Assembly (NCBI GenBank): GCA_023920165.1
Contig: CP089274.1
Coordinates: 4,464,001 to 4,528,000 of the forward strand
DNA length: 64,000 nucleotides
DNA from: Curvularia clavata
Lineage: Eukaryota
Direction: 5' to 3'
Shown: in pieces, positions 33,901-48,325 of the stretch
Layout of the letters: every line of letters begins with the position of its first letter
Numbering within the stretch: the stretch's first letter is position 1
Notes under the pieces: model-generated
What the model was told of the DNA's origin: nothing
The model's input: only the letters and a program-made list of their open reading frames with translations
Database searches by the model: none
Program-made: the position numbers and the translations under genes

Positions 33901-36900
33901 CTACCCAACATTCCTCCAAGCTTAGCTACAAGCATTTGCAGCATTTGCTTACTTTGAGGTTTCGCAACAATAACCCTGACGAGCCTAGTAGACAAAGTTA
34001 GCGAACCATAGTAAAGCTGGCTGAAGAGTTAACTTACTTCTTTTTGTTGCCATGATAAGCACTCAGGATAGGGACGATGGTGGTAGACTTGCCACCTCCC
34101 ATTAGCAGCTGCAGGACAATATTTTGGCCCTTCTCTGGTGAACGCATCTGGCTCGCGATATATTCTTGCTCCTTGCGGACCAGAATCCCACTTTCGGCTT
34201 CTAGGAGGAGTGTTTCTGGAAACTGACGCACATCCCAGTTGGAGTGCCCGATATGTTGCAACTCCTCAATAAGCTCCACCTCCTTGCCAGAGAGATGGAC
34301 CAATCTCTGGGCTCTCTGCAGATTGGTGATAGCCAATGCATACCCCAGGATGGATTCTTTCCAGTCTTCGGTAAGCAGTTCAAAGCGATCGCGGTGTAGT
34401 TGACTAAGCCAAAAGGTAGGTGAAATCCGCGGCGCATGCTTGACTCGGAAGCTGATCTCGTTCTTGAACAGACTCTCGAACGACGATGTGATTCTTGCGA
34501 GATGATGCTTACAGTCGTGCAGATACTGCTGCAGAATATCTGAGGCATTGGCTACCAGATCTTTGTGTGTATGATTGGTGTTGAGATGTTGTTTGAGAGC
34601 TCCGCAACTGATCTGAAGATATTCAACGTATTCTCGCTCACATTTCGATTTGGCATATGACATCAAGCGCTGGCAAAGGTCCTCAAGCCTCTCCATCTTC
34701 TGAAAATTCAATTCATGTTCATCAGTCTTCGCGACTGTGACTCGCGGCTCACAAGGTGGTGCAGGACAGCCCTGGCTCGAAGCTAGCACGAGTGTCAGAA
34801 AGTTCGAGCTCAATAGAATGATCAGAACCGCGTGAGGGAGACTTACAGTTTCGACCCAAAGAAGGGGCTGTGGCAACAAAGATACTCGATGTGCTAAAAT
34901 AGCGGTCATTTGTACTTGGACGAGCCTTGTTTTGAGGAGTGGTAAGGTAGTAGTGCAGAGAAGGTACACCAAAGACCTTCTGGCATGCCATAATCCCCCC
35001 CAACTGTTCAAGATAGTCCAAGAAGCTGTGATTGTTGTACCAGTTTTGGAAGCAATCTCGAATGTTGACCATTGCCTTGGTCAAATTTATGTATGTCGTG
35101 TACTCCTTCTTCAACTCCACGTTAGGGCTTTGTCTTAACCTTTGCCTTCTCAGAACATCAACAACCCTCTCGATCGCTTTCTCTTTCCGATCGTGAAACA
35201 GTGCTTCGATTCTTTGCTCGTGTTTTCGATCGCTTTCGTGGTCCTTCCTGGGCAACATGGCCTCGTCAGATTCATCGAAGGATCTAGCATTCTGACGAAG
35301 AACATGTCTTACTTGCTCTGCTCGGAATGTATCTCCCATATTTAGGTTGAACAAGGCAGCATCAGGTGGTTGTACGGCTGATGTTTCTGATATCCTCCAG
35401 AACGCCATCAAAGCTTGAATTGCGTCCATGTCAGCTTCTGTGGCAAAGGCCATCGTGCAAAGCCATGTTGCCAAGCTGTAGCGATTTCTAGCTTTCGGAA
35501 GGCTGTTGTGAAGCGTACACCAGTTGTCGACAAGATGGTCCGTAAAATGTTTCAGCCATTTGGCATCATATCCAAGGCTCTCAGGGTCGAATGAGGTATG
35601 AACACCTTCTACGGTAGCTTCCTTGAAGTGCTTGCGAAGAATATCTTGTCTGAGATTCGGGATAGGACTATGCAAAGCAGCTTGATCTCGAAGAGCTAGA
35701 CTACCGATGATGAAGGCCCGGCCACCTCTCTCGTCTTGCACCACATCTCTAGCTTGGTACTGGGTGTCTTGAGATGTCGTAAATTTCTCTGCACCGAATC
35801 CTGCGACGCGGAAGTTACATGAACGTATCATATCGCGTTGATCCAATGCAGGGTTCGATAGTAATCTCAGCCTCTCTCGAGTGGTATTTATCGAAACAAA
35901 GATGTTATTTCCTGGATGGAACAACTGCATCTTTGCGGTTTGGTCCAGCAAATCTAAGACTAGTGTTCGAAAGGAGCCGTGTTGCAAGAGTGATGGGAGG
36001 CGGTCATCCCACTCGATACTCTGCATCACCCTTAGGTGTTTGGGGTACCACTCTCTCTTGGCAGAAAGTTCGCCTATGCAACAGAGTAGCGCTACGTTCA
36101 TCGGAGAAAGAACATCGAAAGAATGTACTGCTGCTGACTTGAGAATTTCTAGACTACTTTCTGTGCCAGTGCGAGCTGTTAACGGGTCAGGGAGACATCC
36201 AGATGTGATGGCGTGTAAATAGCTCAAGAAAAGCCGACTTTGCAAGTCCGAAGTGTCCAGTAATCTTCCAAGATCAGAATCGATCGTGTAAGCGTACGCT
36301 TTGTTGACATTTCCCTTATTGATGGATATGATTGTGTGAAGATAAGGAAAGGCGCGATCTCCGTAGACGACACTTGATGTATCGAAGGTTTGGGGAACGG
36401 GTATGAGAACCAAGCGTTCTGCTGCATGCCTGTGTTTTAGTACAAGTTTGCTAGCAAGGCCAACGAGAGTTCCAATGCTTTGGTCCTGATCAATAACCAT
36501 GTCACGATACTGGTATGAGTGTACCAAGCGCCCGCCTTTCTCAATGTAAAATCCGAGCTGAAGCCGGGGGAGGTCAATGCTGATAGTCTTGGTAGCGCTT
36601 TCAAGTTTGGCATGTACATGTCTTTTGTCTTCAAGCGACTGAAACAGTCTGGAAAACAGAGTGGCGGAGGGGCTTTCCAAGCTGATCAAAACGCTGGATA
36701 GATTCACCAAGCGCCAAGTCTTGCCACTACTGCGAATCAGACGCCACTCTCCATTCTCGGACTTCCATGGGCTGTTTCGACAGCGAAAGATGACTTCTCC
36801 TCGCTGATGGTCGAACCAATGGATATAATTGATCGAAAACGAGTCAGGAAATTGCTCCTGGAGCATGCGTGAAGGGATAAGGTCGAGTTTCGTGCTGTCA

Positions 36901-39900
36901 TTATAGGCTACTACAAGCATGTCTCTGTTCTTCATTCCAAAGTGAAGCTTGTAGCCGTAATAAGAAGCCTTCGCTGAGAAACGCATCCCGGGTTCATCAG
37001 TTGGTACGACTTCCAACTTTGATTTTTGGAACAGCGGCTTGTACATGTTATGAGACATGTATTCGGAAGGTAGTTGAGAAAGCGGCAAGCCATTGACAAG
37101 AAGTTCACCAGTGAGTAAGTTGAGGTGTACCGGCATGGGCCCCGACGTGGTTTGAAGCCAATGTTCTTGACAGTCGCTCAGTGAAATCCAAGGATTATCC
37201 GAAGCTGGAGTAAAGGCTGCCCAGTTCACACTAAGGGCATCTGAAACACCTCTGCTATCGATGAGAACGCGATGCCGCAGCTCTGGAAGGATTCGGTACA
37301 TCATCCTTCTCCACGACTGGAACGTGCTCGTGAAGAGAGTGATGCTTTCAGAATCGACAATACCAGTATTCTCCTCTATAATGATAGAGGACTGGATGAG
37401 GGTAGATATTGCCAGTTCATGTTCCAGGATTGAATCAAAGTCGGCTTCATCCACGTCGTATGTGCTTGTGCATACTAGAGCAATCTCTGTCGCTCTCGAG
37501 TAGAGTTCTGTACGCTGATCATCATCTGTGGATGCAGACGCCCTTTTTTTTAATCGCAGAACCCATCTGAGGCAAACGGCGCGCAGCCGGATGAGGTAGT
37601 TCAATGCGCGTGAATGAATTTCTGATGCTGTGCTTAGATCCAGGACCCGGCGGGCAAGCAACGAGAACGTAGCTGCAGCTCGCCATGATTCCCAATTTTC
37701 CTCAATACGCGCAAGCGCTGTCTCGAGATTTTCAAGCATTACACGACCGAACGAAGGCTCAGTAAGAATGTCGTGGGTTGCGCGCTCGATGCACTTCTCT
37801 AGCTCTGCAGGCTGGGGTCCAGCTCGTTGTACGGCTTGGAAAATTAAGCATTGAGTCTCGACTTTTGTGAAATCTAAAGCTGGCACTGCCAGCTGGACAA
37901 GCATGTTGGAATACATGACGTGGTTGCCAAGAGGCAACGCGCACAAAGCTTTGTATTCATCAATGGAGAGGTGAGCCGGACAGTCTGACAAACTGGCCTA
38001 TTTTGCGAATTATAATTAGCATTGTACCAGTGCAACATGCACAGGGGTTCTAGAACTTACTATAACCTCATTGGCAGGAAGACCGTCTGGTAAAGAGGGC
38101 TTGTAGTACATGAATCGCTCCAGTATCTTTGATCGCTGTGGCATTTGGTACATGCACTTTCTGGGAATCTCTTCCGTACAGACCGGCCTTGCTGTATTGA
38201 AGTGTTCGCCAATGTTGTCGTAATAACGGTATTGTAGTGCATTTTCTAAACAAACATCGCTTTCAGTCAAAAGCTGAATAGCTTTCGTCATCTTTCGGTG
38301 AGTACTCGTGTGACTCTTGACCTCGGACAGTGGTACAATACGCCTCTGTCGGTAACCTGAAGATATCATGTGCGATATGCCATGATGGTTTTCAAGCCTA
38401 AAGAAGCATCTTGCGCGCTGTGGGTTTTGCTCACTACAACCCAGTACCGTCGCAATGAAGTAGATCGAAGCATCTCGCCAGCTGCTAAAAGCTTCTGGGA
38501 CTTGCAGTTCAAAAACCGTTGCTTTCGCTACAGGTTTTGAGGAAGAGAGAGGCCATTCGTAAATGTCGATGGTGAGACTGTCCGCATTCTTTTTGGCTCG
38601 GCATCTGCGACAATTCCAATCATGTACCTGCTGAGTCCATCCATGGTAGCTGTTTGTGGTTATCGTGCGATATTCACAGCTATTGCTATTGTAAGTGTCC
38701 ATGTACTGGCGGTAGCGATTCTGGAGATCCTTCAATTCCTCACACTTCCTTTTTCGTGCCGCAGCAGCACAGGCTTCGATGTCATTAAGCGTTGCCTGGA
38801 GCGATGTGCACTGATCAAAGTATTGGACAGCAAACGAAGATGGTTTTCCAAACTGCCGATAAACAGAAGGTTTTCCCCTTGATGCGTTTTTTCGTCTTGA
38901 ACCAACATAGCTCTCGATGGCGTCGAGACGTTCTAGTTGGCTCTCCAATGGAAGTAGAAGAGATTGAAATTCCGTCAGATCAATTTCCGGGTCGTAGTCT
39001 TTCAGTATCTGGTAGGTTGCACAGGCGCATCTGTCGCATGAGATCCAGAGCTCAGCGAGAGTCAGATACATGATTGACATGGCGATTGGTGCTTGCTCGT
39101 ATGCAACACTGGCAATCTTATGGTATCTCTCCATCAAAGCGCGAAGCCTCTCGCAGGAGTTTGACTTCAGAAGGTTTTTGTTGGTCCAATCTGCTAGATA
39201 GTCTTCTACCCATTCCTCCAAAGCTGCCAGACGGAAGTGTTTGTAGTCTTCAGGACCAGTCAGGTCGCTTGGGAGTTTTGATGGACAGAATGTAGGGTAT
39301 ACTGACGTAGGAACGTATGTAGATGTAATTTGTTCCGGCTTCCGAGAAGCTGCCTCAGAGATAAAGGCTTCCAGCTCCGAGAGATGCATGTCAAGGTCGG
39401 TCTCCGGCTGTAATTTGGCAACGTCACTTGTGTCAATGTTGTCCTGGACATTCTCAACCAAGCCCTGCCAGTGGCGGTCGATCAAGCTGTGGGCATCAAG
39501 AACAGCAGTTTCGATGTACCCGTCCCAGGATGGTTTGAGGTACTGGTTTTGTTTGAGAGCTTTGAATTTGCGTAGTCGACGCGTCAGTTTTGCAGAGATG
39601 ATGTAAACGGGCTCGCTTCCAAAGTCTTTCCAATTGCGTCTGGCTAGATCGAGCACTTCAGTCAACATGAAGATCATGAATGCCTTGTACAATCCGTCCT
39701 CGTGTAGCGCATCTGGAGCTTTGCGCGCAAAGAGAAGCTGCAGCGATACACGTAGCAAAAGCCACAGCGGAGACCGTCGCCATGGATTAAGGCAATCGTT
39801 CCATAGGACCTCCTCGCGGGTGTGTTTTCGGATGCGTTTTACATCTGCAGGGCCACCAAAAGCTGTAATGGTATTCATGTAGAAGTTTGTGACCATACCG

Positions 39901-40505
39901 GGGTGGGTAGTGTCGCGCTCCTCGCTCATGGATTTTCCATTCTTAGTGATCTTAGGCTGAAAGCTGGGAACCTTCTGGGTTGTCATCGTCGCCAAGGTAC
40001 TGGAGATGGACTGGCGTAGATCTTCACTCGTCATCTTGATGATTGAGACTTTTGCTGCATGACCCGGAAAACTACGTACCAGTCGCCCAGAGTTCATGGT
40101 AGCCTCGTTAGTGGGCGACAGTTCGAAGAATTCGAATTGAACGTCATCTCCAGAGCGGCTGGCGAGAACTCCAGCGTTTTGCTCCCAGATTTCGATGGGT
40201 AGCATACCCGCTGTCTCACCATTTGCAATTTTGACGAGCAGATTTTGCAATGGGAGGTCGCTGGTGTGCCCGTCCTGCTCACGACAATCGATGAGATTGT
40301 CAACAGTTGCCTTAGCCGCTTCTACAAGCCCGATATATTCGCTCTTTACGTGACCTTTTAAAGCCTTTAGAGCTCGAGTGGCGGTCGTTAGTAGAGCGAC
40401 GTCGTTCGTGGCGTTGCGATCGTCTTCTTGTGGCAGCTTCGGAGGAAGTACCACATGATGGTAAAGGTAGGCTGTGCCATCCATCAAAGCGGTGAGAGGC
40501 GCCAT
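30936..40505 (-). CDS. Giant (~3129 aa) DUF6606/DUF3638/DUF3645-family protein with an SF2-helicase-like P-loop module
   Basis: Four exons (40505-38061, 37997-34847, 34782-34038, 33984-30936) separated by GTAAGT..TAG introns; total 9390 nt, in frame. Motifs YLYHHVVLPPKLPQ, PWRRSPLWLLLRV, LLMGGGKSTTIVP, VDESDE, LAVPYRSKDSPSPRSEFSHPDV, FSGT, YLDEAHTRGTDL, QAAMRMRKLG. Confidence 0.88.
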
Positions 40506-43500
40506 GTTCGGGGTAATCAATGTGAGCTTTCTGAAGCGGCCCGTCAGTATATCAACCTAATGATTTTCTTACGACCAGGCTGAGCCTACCACTGGCTATG
40601 GCTGCGTTGCTGGAAGAAGTAAACGAGGAGTGTTGTTGATGTGATGAATGAAAATGTGAGAGACAAGGGGATTACAGGACACAGGTCAGGTAAAGCTACG
40701 TTGGGCGTTTGCCTCTGCGCTTTGTTGCAATTGAAAGTGACAAACGGGCAGCCTCCACCTTCACCTTATACTCACTGTTGTGAAGCCCCACAACTACGCC
40801 GCAAGGTGAAAGAACTGGGTTTACCGAATCACTCATGAGTATCTTACTCTCAATTCATGCGTTCCTGAATCCTCTCATCACATCAGGCGGAATATCTGTA
40901 CCCAAGAGTATGGTGCGCGCGTCATGCAAGGCGGAATGTACAAGGCAGCAGCCTATGCGGACGTGAATGCAAGCTCAGATGGTAAATACCGAGGACATTT
41001 GTACAGCCTTGTTCCTACTGCACTTGGCTGCGCGTTTCTCATTCGTGAGATTTCTGAACGCGGTCTATCCTCCGGCCGTGACGTTACACAGCGCGTACGC
41101 GCCGCAGTCTCAGCCACACTTGACTTTATGCTTTGAAATTTGTCTTGCCCCACGCTTTCATTGATAGGACGAGAGTCGCTCAGTTCCATGATTGTGATAG
41201 CGGGGAATCTGACACATGCGGCGGGAGAAAGGTCAGAAAGAATGAGCGGCATCTCGACGTTGGACGAGGCTGTTGCCTGTGAGAAATCGGCGGGATCACT
41301 GCTATGCATAATCCTCTGCGATGGTTTTGGGAACAAATCTGGCATTTCAGAATAAGAAAGTGTTTAGAGCTGGATAATGAAGGTTAGCGAAGGAATTCTT
41401 TAAAAGAAAGAGCAAGCAGTATCAACAGCGGGAACGAGCTGGAATGAACAAAGCTAGGGTAGTAGACGGACACAAGCACACACATGTGTTCAAACTCAGC
41501 ATGATCAAGAAGGTAGCAGATTAATTCGTCGAAACTAAGATCAGCGTAATCTCAGATTATTCTGCATCAAGCATTAGTGTATTGCTGATGTGCTCTATTT
41601 TGCACTCAAACCCTACATTCTATCCAAGTAGCCGTGATAGACATCTCTTATCAAAGCAGGGTCTCTCCCAAGACCATGAATTGAATGGTTATGCGTTTAA
41701 TCCTTGCAACTCTGATGAGGCCGTACCTCTCCATCCATTGATACCTGCTTAAATGAATTCACCATCTGCTCAGTTCCATGAACCTAGCATCTTTAAAATC
41801 AATCGAAGCACTGCAGAAGCATCACCATGACCACAACACAGGTGCAGAGGAACATCGCCATCATTCATCTGGAATGCACACCCCATCTCCTTATCGCATA
41901 CCCCGCCCTCTCCATACCCTTTTCCCTCTATCATTCCGAACCCATAAAGGCCGAAGCATATTCTACAACCCTCACCCAGCCCCTCCACACTAACAGCGCC
42001 ACAAACCAAACCCAACAAAACCACCTCCCTACACCGTACTAACGCACCTCCTCGCTACCAAACTTCAGACGCACCCACTACCAAGACGACACAAACACCA
42101 GGCCACAGCACCACCCAAGCCACCGACGCAAACCCCCCCACTTGTTCCCACCGGCCAAGCGCTCAGCACTTGTCCGCTTGCATTTCCCATGTCTGTGGGT
42201 CCTAAGATAATTCTCTACCAGACGGAATGAAAACCTGCCCCTGCATAGGCTTGCATTCGCAACTGGCTGGTTGTCGCACCAACGGCTAGCAGCTGGGCAT
42301 ACATCCAACAACTGAGCGCAGGAAGCATTTTCAAACCTGAATTTCACTCCCACCAATAACCATCAGACGGTCATGAAAGCCTCTCGCAATACACGCCACC
42401 CACCACAATCTCTTCGCTAGATGTACACCAAAGTCTCACTCTCGCTCGCCACGTAGAGCCAAGAGAAACGATTGGTACTAGAACTTCTCAGTCCAGTCCC
42501 TACATCATGCTGCCCCAGGGTATCTTGCGCGACCCATCGCTATCAGCCGGAACCAGAATGTGGAATGTCCCTGAAGTTCCATCTCTACACATACCAATCA
42601 TATTTGATTATGTGTGTGAGAAGTTTTCGAACCAACTCACTATGTAGATAGAGCCCAAGGGAAATGACCGCTACCCTACACATACTAGAACCTTGTGTCT
42701 AGGTGTATGTCCTCCTCGCCTCATTCAAACTGACCCCCTTTTTTTTCTCTCTTATCCCACCACCTACACCCACATAAACCCTATTCATCAAATAACCTCA
42801 ATCCATCGATTGATTGGCCAACCATACATACTCACCTTTTTCCTTTTCCCTTCTTTCCGCCTTCGCTCAAGTGCGTGTCCCTAGCGCCACGTACCGTACG
42901 TCTTTGTTCCCATGGTACACCTACAGCGTACATATGTGTGGATCAGGAACGCGGCGGATCCCAGCGGAATGGCCAACGCACTAAAGTGAACCTGCCTAGG
43001 CTAAGAGAGCGCGGAAAAGGAACTGCAAAAAGAAATGCTGTGCAGCATCCGATGGCGAGGATAAGTGGTTTGGAGTCTAGAGGGTAAGAGGGAAGTGTTG
43101 TTGGATACGCTAGTGTGTTCCTTATACACAGCTTACACGGTGTTCAACCTGCTGTAAGTTAGATGAGAAAATTTCAACCAACACGATTGAGCATCACGGA
43201 TCAACTGAGTATACGGCACATAAATGGGTACAGCAATATCATTATAGTTCTCCCAAAAACGAAAAAGGTAATCAGATCTAAGATGACGAGGCTCAATCGT
43301 GAAGCCGGGGGGATAAAAAAATACGAGGACTGGAATTCCGATCTGCCGGTCCCACTTCAGTACAAGGGAGAAGAAAAGAACGAGGGGGACTCGTCATTGT
43401 TTCGTTCGCACAGATGTTCCATGACGCGGCTTCAATATCCCTGTCGTTTGATGAGCAACCGTCGTAGTATTCACCACTTTCCGTCTATATGGGAGTCTGT

Positions 43501-43678
43501 GCGAATTCTTCTCATTACTAGTTAGACAAGCGAACGAAGCCTGCTCGAGTCATAAAACGCCATGTATGCCTGTAATTTCCCTTGTGTGCGCCATCATATC
43601 CAGAGGGCTTAAACCAACAGAGCCTCTCTATGTTGAGACCAGTATACTACATTTGGACTCATATCGTGTCCAAGCCCG

Positions 43679-44646
43679 TCACCGCGACTCAACCGCTGTT
43701 TCCGTCGCTGGCTTCGGCATGGGTTTGAGCTCGGACCCAGCCCCGCTTTCAGCCCGCTTGCGCCCCGTCAGGGAGAAGTGGTGGCTCGATGTTGGTCGTT
43801 CGTCCGCCTTGTCATTGGTATGGTTGTTGTCGCCAAAACGTGAGAAGATGCCGCGCTTTTTGGGCTGCGGCTTGGGCTCATCGTTCAGACCGACATCTTC
43901 GAATCCCTCCTCAGGTACCTGGTCGTGGCTTTCGCTGAGGCGGCCTTGTTGCATCGACGAGCGAGGTGTGGCGCGCGAGCGGCGGGCATCGAATGAACGC
44001 CGCGTGTCCATGGAGCGACGGGCATCGAGCGATTGACGGGGATAGGTTTCGTGGACATTGTCGGCGATTGGCGACCGGGCAGAGATATCCTAGCTGGCGT
44101 TAACGAGTGAGCTGTAGTAGAAGTAGGTTGAGCATACAAATGATCGCCTATACGAATCAAAACTCTCGCGCGAGATACTAAAGGGCTCGTTCTCGCTGAG
44201 AAGACTTCGGTGGTTCGACGAGGCGGTTGACGTGTTGGACTTGGTGTGCCAGAACGTCGTCTTCTCGTGCTGTGGGGAAGGCTGTCGTGGGGTGAGCCAA
44301 TGCCTCTCCAGATGACCATTTCTCTTGTTGCGATTCGCCGCGCGGCATCGATGCCATGTGCGATCAAGGGTCTAGTCTTACCGGCAGGTATACTCCGCTG
44401 TCGTTAATTTCTGCGCAACCGTAAGCAACCAGACGTCATGAATGGAGCGCGCGGAAAACATCTCGCGCCCCCACGGTGGACCATTCCAGACTTACCGCTC
44501 AACTTGTATTCGGCTGGATCCTTCACCTGCAGGGGCGTGGCTCCCGAAAGAGTGGTGCTCTTGAAGTCGTTTTCCGGCGTGTTCCGGTGGGCGTCGTCAG
44601 GCTGGTCAGAAAGACCCGCACGGCGAAAGGGGTTGCGAATGGGCAT
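43679..44646 (-). CDS. Conserved fungal hypothetical protein (~244 aa, low complexity)
   Basis: Four exons (44646-44496, 44410-44382, 44281-44138, 44089-43679) with canonical splice sites; total 735 nt, in frame. Reads MPIRNPF..EYKLSEINDSGVYLPPSP..FSISRESFDSYRRSFDISARSP. Confidence 0.82.
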
Positions 44647-47600
44647 AGTGAAGAAGCGCTAGCAAACAGAAAAGAGCGGTACGAAGGCTGAGTCGAGTGT
44701 TTTGGGTGAACTGGTGTTGGTTGGGAGCGAATTCAAGAAGGCCTTCTCGATCCAGCGACTAACATCATGACTGCCACCGCCGAGCCAATCGGGCAGGAAC
44801 CAAGGCCATTTGGGGTTTGGCCTCGGTACGGATCTGATCCGTTGTTCGCACGAGGGGCAGGACGCCCGAAGACGTCATGCTACAGGAACATGGAGACTTG
44901 ATTGAAAGTTGAGTCTTGCGCAGCAGCAAGCGTCGGGTGGTGAGTGAGTAGGTGTAGATGGTGAGGGGCAGCTGGAAAAGCTTCCAAGGCCTCTGGGCGG
45001 TCCCTGCATGAGGGCAAGGGAATTGGTTCAGGTACCGAACGACGTGGACCGATGGCGATGGCGCTTCAGCTAGCCACGAGGGCGCCCAAAAACACCTTGT
45101 TTGCACGTCGGCTGGCGCGACCCTGAGTGTCGCGGATAGAAAAAGACAATGGTTTGGCAATGGTTTGCATCAGAGGTGAACGCCACGGATGGTGCGGGAG
45201 CAGCAAACATAGATTTTCGCTCAACAAGGAAACGGAAGCGGGGACGGAAACGGACGCTGGACAGATCCAAGACGGATGACGTGACTAGACGAGACGCGAG
45301 CCGCCCATGCGAAACCGCCACGGGGTTCCTTGTTTCTCAGGCCGGAAACCAAGGTCTCAGCGTTGAAACAAGATGAATTGAGGCATCCACGGCGGCGCGT
45401 CACGTTATTTTGGGAAGCGGACCAACAGCAGGCTACCCATGGCTCTCACACCGTCGCCTGAGACGATTGCACCTCGTCTATTACGTTTCTCTGCACGCCA
45501 TTTCCTGGCCAACGCCTTGCCTAATTCTCGGACGCATTCTCTTGGCCCGTCCACGTCAATACGACTACTACAGCACCACCTGCAGCCACGGCGAGGGCGG
45601 AATATTGATGCTGCATGAAGTGTTGGCTGGCGGGCATGACATGTACTACGAAGGCGTCAATGTGGGCAGCTTCTCCTACTGCAACCGCAATGAGGCTGCG
45701 AAAAGGAGATGGCATGGGCGAATGGAAAGAAAGTTCTTCTCGCGGCTTGTCTCTCCGTGGGTCCACTGAAAAATGGCAGAGCGCAATGGATCGCCGCATT
45801 CACATCACATCGGCATCTCCTATTGCAAAGCTGAGATCTTCTGGAGTACAGCGCTGCACCCCGCAGCTGCCTTATGCCTTATGGGGCATCCAGGTCGCAA
45901 AAGGAAGACGTGCCCCTACGCCAGCTGGCTGCATAACCAAAAGTGGCGGCTTGATCTGGCAGACAGGAGCACTGCGTTTGCAGTACGATCTGACTGGGCG
46001 CTCGGAATATTCAGGGCTGTCCACGTGTTGTGTGTGTGGCATCGAGCACAAGGGAATTACGGGCAGCCAAGGCGACGTTATACGAGAGAGGTCATGTCGA
46101 TCAACTGGGGCAGGCGGTGCCAATATTTCGGTGCTTACTGCACTACACACTCTACGTGAAATGCGCGTCTGATAATGATGGCGGGCCTGCAAAGACTGAG
46201 CGGACCTGAGCGACGTGGTGTCACCTTGTACACGACGAGACGACGACCAGGTGCCAGGAAGTTTACATTTGTGGCTGGTGAGCTGGCGGATGCGTGATTG
46301 GATGACTCAGCTGCGGGTGGCTTGGAGCGCAGCGCCGATCACCACTGCGAGAAGGACCCCAGGGATTCTAACAATTTTTTCTCGACACGGAATCTATGTG
46401 ACCACCACCAGTCGCTTCATGCGAGCAGCGGACGCCAACTCCCATTCGCCCGTTTCTTTGCTGCAAGCGTGCATAATTGCGCACTCAAGAAAGCTGGGCT
46501 GGCCCAAGGCTAACCACGACGCAGGTCTTGGATGCTTCTGCTACCATGGCAGGCCGCCGAGCGTGCAGGTTAATCGATAATAGCCCAGCGCCGCTAGAGC
46601 CATACATGCGGGACTAGAGCCAACCCAGCTGCCGGTACCGTGGGCTACAGGTCAAGATTAACTCGAATCACAAGCACACTGGCAGCCGATGCGGTGTGTG
46701 CCCGGTGTGGCCGTGGCGCCCTGCCATGTCGTGCTTGGTGGCATCCAATTCCGCCTGGTTCATGCTGTACCCTCTCTCAATTTCTGTCTCCCTCTCTCCT
46801 GGACAAGACAATACCAAGGACCCCCCGCCTTGGCTCCATGTGCGCGGCCCCTGCACCCCTACCCCCAGCTACTACATACGCTACCGTGCAAAATCCATCG
46901 TTCCTGGTGGACCACGTCCGCCAATGGCCGCGTGGGCGTGTTAATAATGACAAGTTGGCCTATGTACATAAACGGCGCAGGCCAGGGTCTGGGGAGCAAA
47001 GACGAAACACCGACGCCCGGAAGGCCCCAGCCAGACGCCGCGCGACAAGGCGAACCGTGGGCAGAGAGACGAGTTGCAAAGGGCCGACGGTGGACATGGA
47101 CACAGGAGAGAATGACGAGATGGTAATGTCACGGTTGTGGGCGGGACAGATCACGACATGTGGAGAAGATGGAGCTCGCCAGAGTATTCCCCTGTCTAGA
47201 GGCGGCCGAGCTCGCCACGTTCCTGGTGGCGCTCTTGACGAGCCCTTAGCCTAACAGTATGGCGCAGAGCCTCTGCCGTCGCCCGCACGCCGCCAAAAGC
47301 GACGTCAGCGAACAGGCCGACGACGAGAATGCGGGCGGCGTGTGGATGTATTTGCAGCACGTCGCAGTTCCGAGAGGCGTGCGCGCTATTATTGGCCAGC
47401 CGGGCGACGTAGTTAGGGCTGCGACTTTGTCTCGTATGGAGGATCCACCCTGGGCGCCAATCTGCCAGACGTTGAACGTTCCAAGCAATCAAAGTACTAT
47501 TTCGAGCTTGCACTCCTGCCGCCGACCCGCGGCACCTCCTGCAAGCCTCCCTGGCGAATCCATGCGCCAAAGCACCACGCCGCCTGACCAGCTTGGGCCG

Positions 47601-48325
47601 CCCGCACCGTCCTAGCACCACACTGACCAGCCATGCCTGCCACTCGTCTGGGGCTGGCACGCAGCTCCATCAACTTTTGCACTTGTCACATTGCCCGATG
47701 TTTCCCTCTGCCGGGTCCGCCTGGGCGGCGATCGCCCGTCTGCCTGCCCCCAATATAATAATTCCTCTCCCCGTGGCCAGGGCCGCCGCTCCCTGTGCCC
47801 AACCGTCGTCGCTCGTCCATCACCCTCCACCAGTGCCCTAGTCGCTCTCCGAGACGTCTGCTTCACTAGCAAACGCCTCGTCTTCCAAGACGTTCCACGC
47901 TCGTTTCCACCCACCACACTCGCTCTCCCAGCCTCTATCGCCAACTCCCCGCAACAGAGTGCTCCCCGCCATCTTCCACTCGCTTCCCTCTTCATTCTCA
48001 CTTTTCGCCCGTGGGGTTTTCGGTATCTGCTGGATTAGGATCCATTCCCCGCCATCGAATAGTCTCCGTCTAGTCACTGCAAAGTCTCTCCCACCACCGA
48101 TTTCTACTCTCTGCCCCGCTGCCATTATCACTCGCCTTTTTCCTGCCAATCAGTAGCACCTTCCCTGTTTGTTTGTGGGCGTGACGTCTTTCTTGCCAAG
48201 CAAGTCTGTCCAACATCAAGCACTGATCCTTGCTCTCTGCATTGCACTACATTGCACTGCACCTCCTCTCCTCCATCTTCTATTCTTACCGTGGGCCTGA
48301 CTAGCCGTCAAGTCCTATCGCCGTA

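Noticed and set aside
41770..42400. His/Thr-rich short ORFs with a nearby TACTAAC
   Set aside because: I could not build an open spliced frame; all frames stop early.
44700..48300. Numerous 100-200 aa ORFs in the GC-rich divergent intergenic region
   Set aside because: They overlap in all frames with low-information composition, as expected from GC content.
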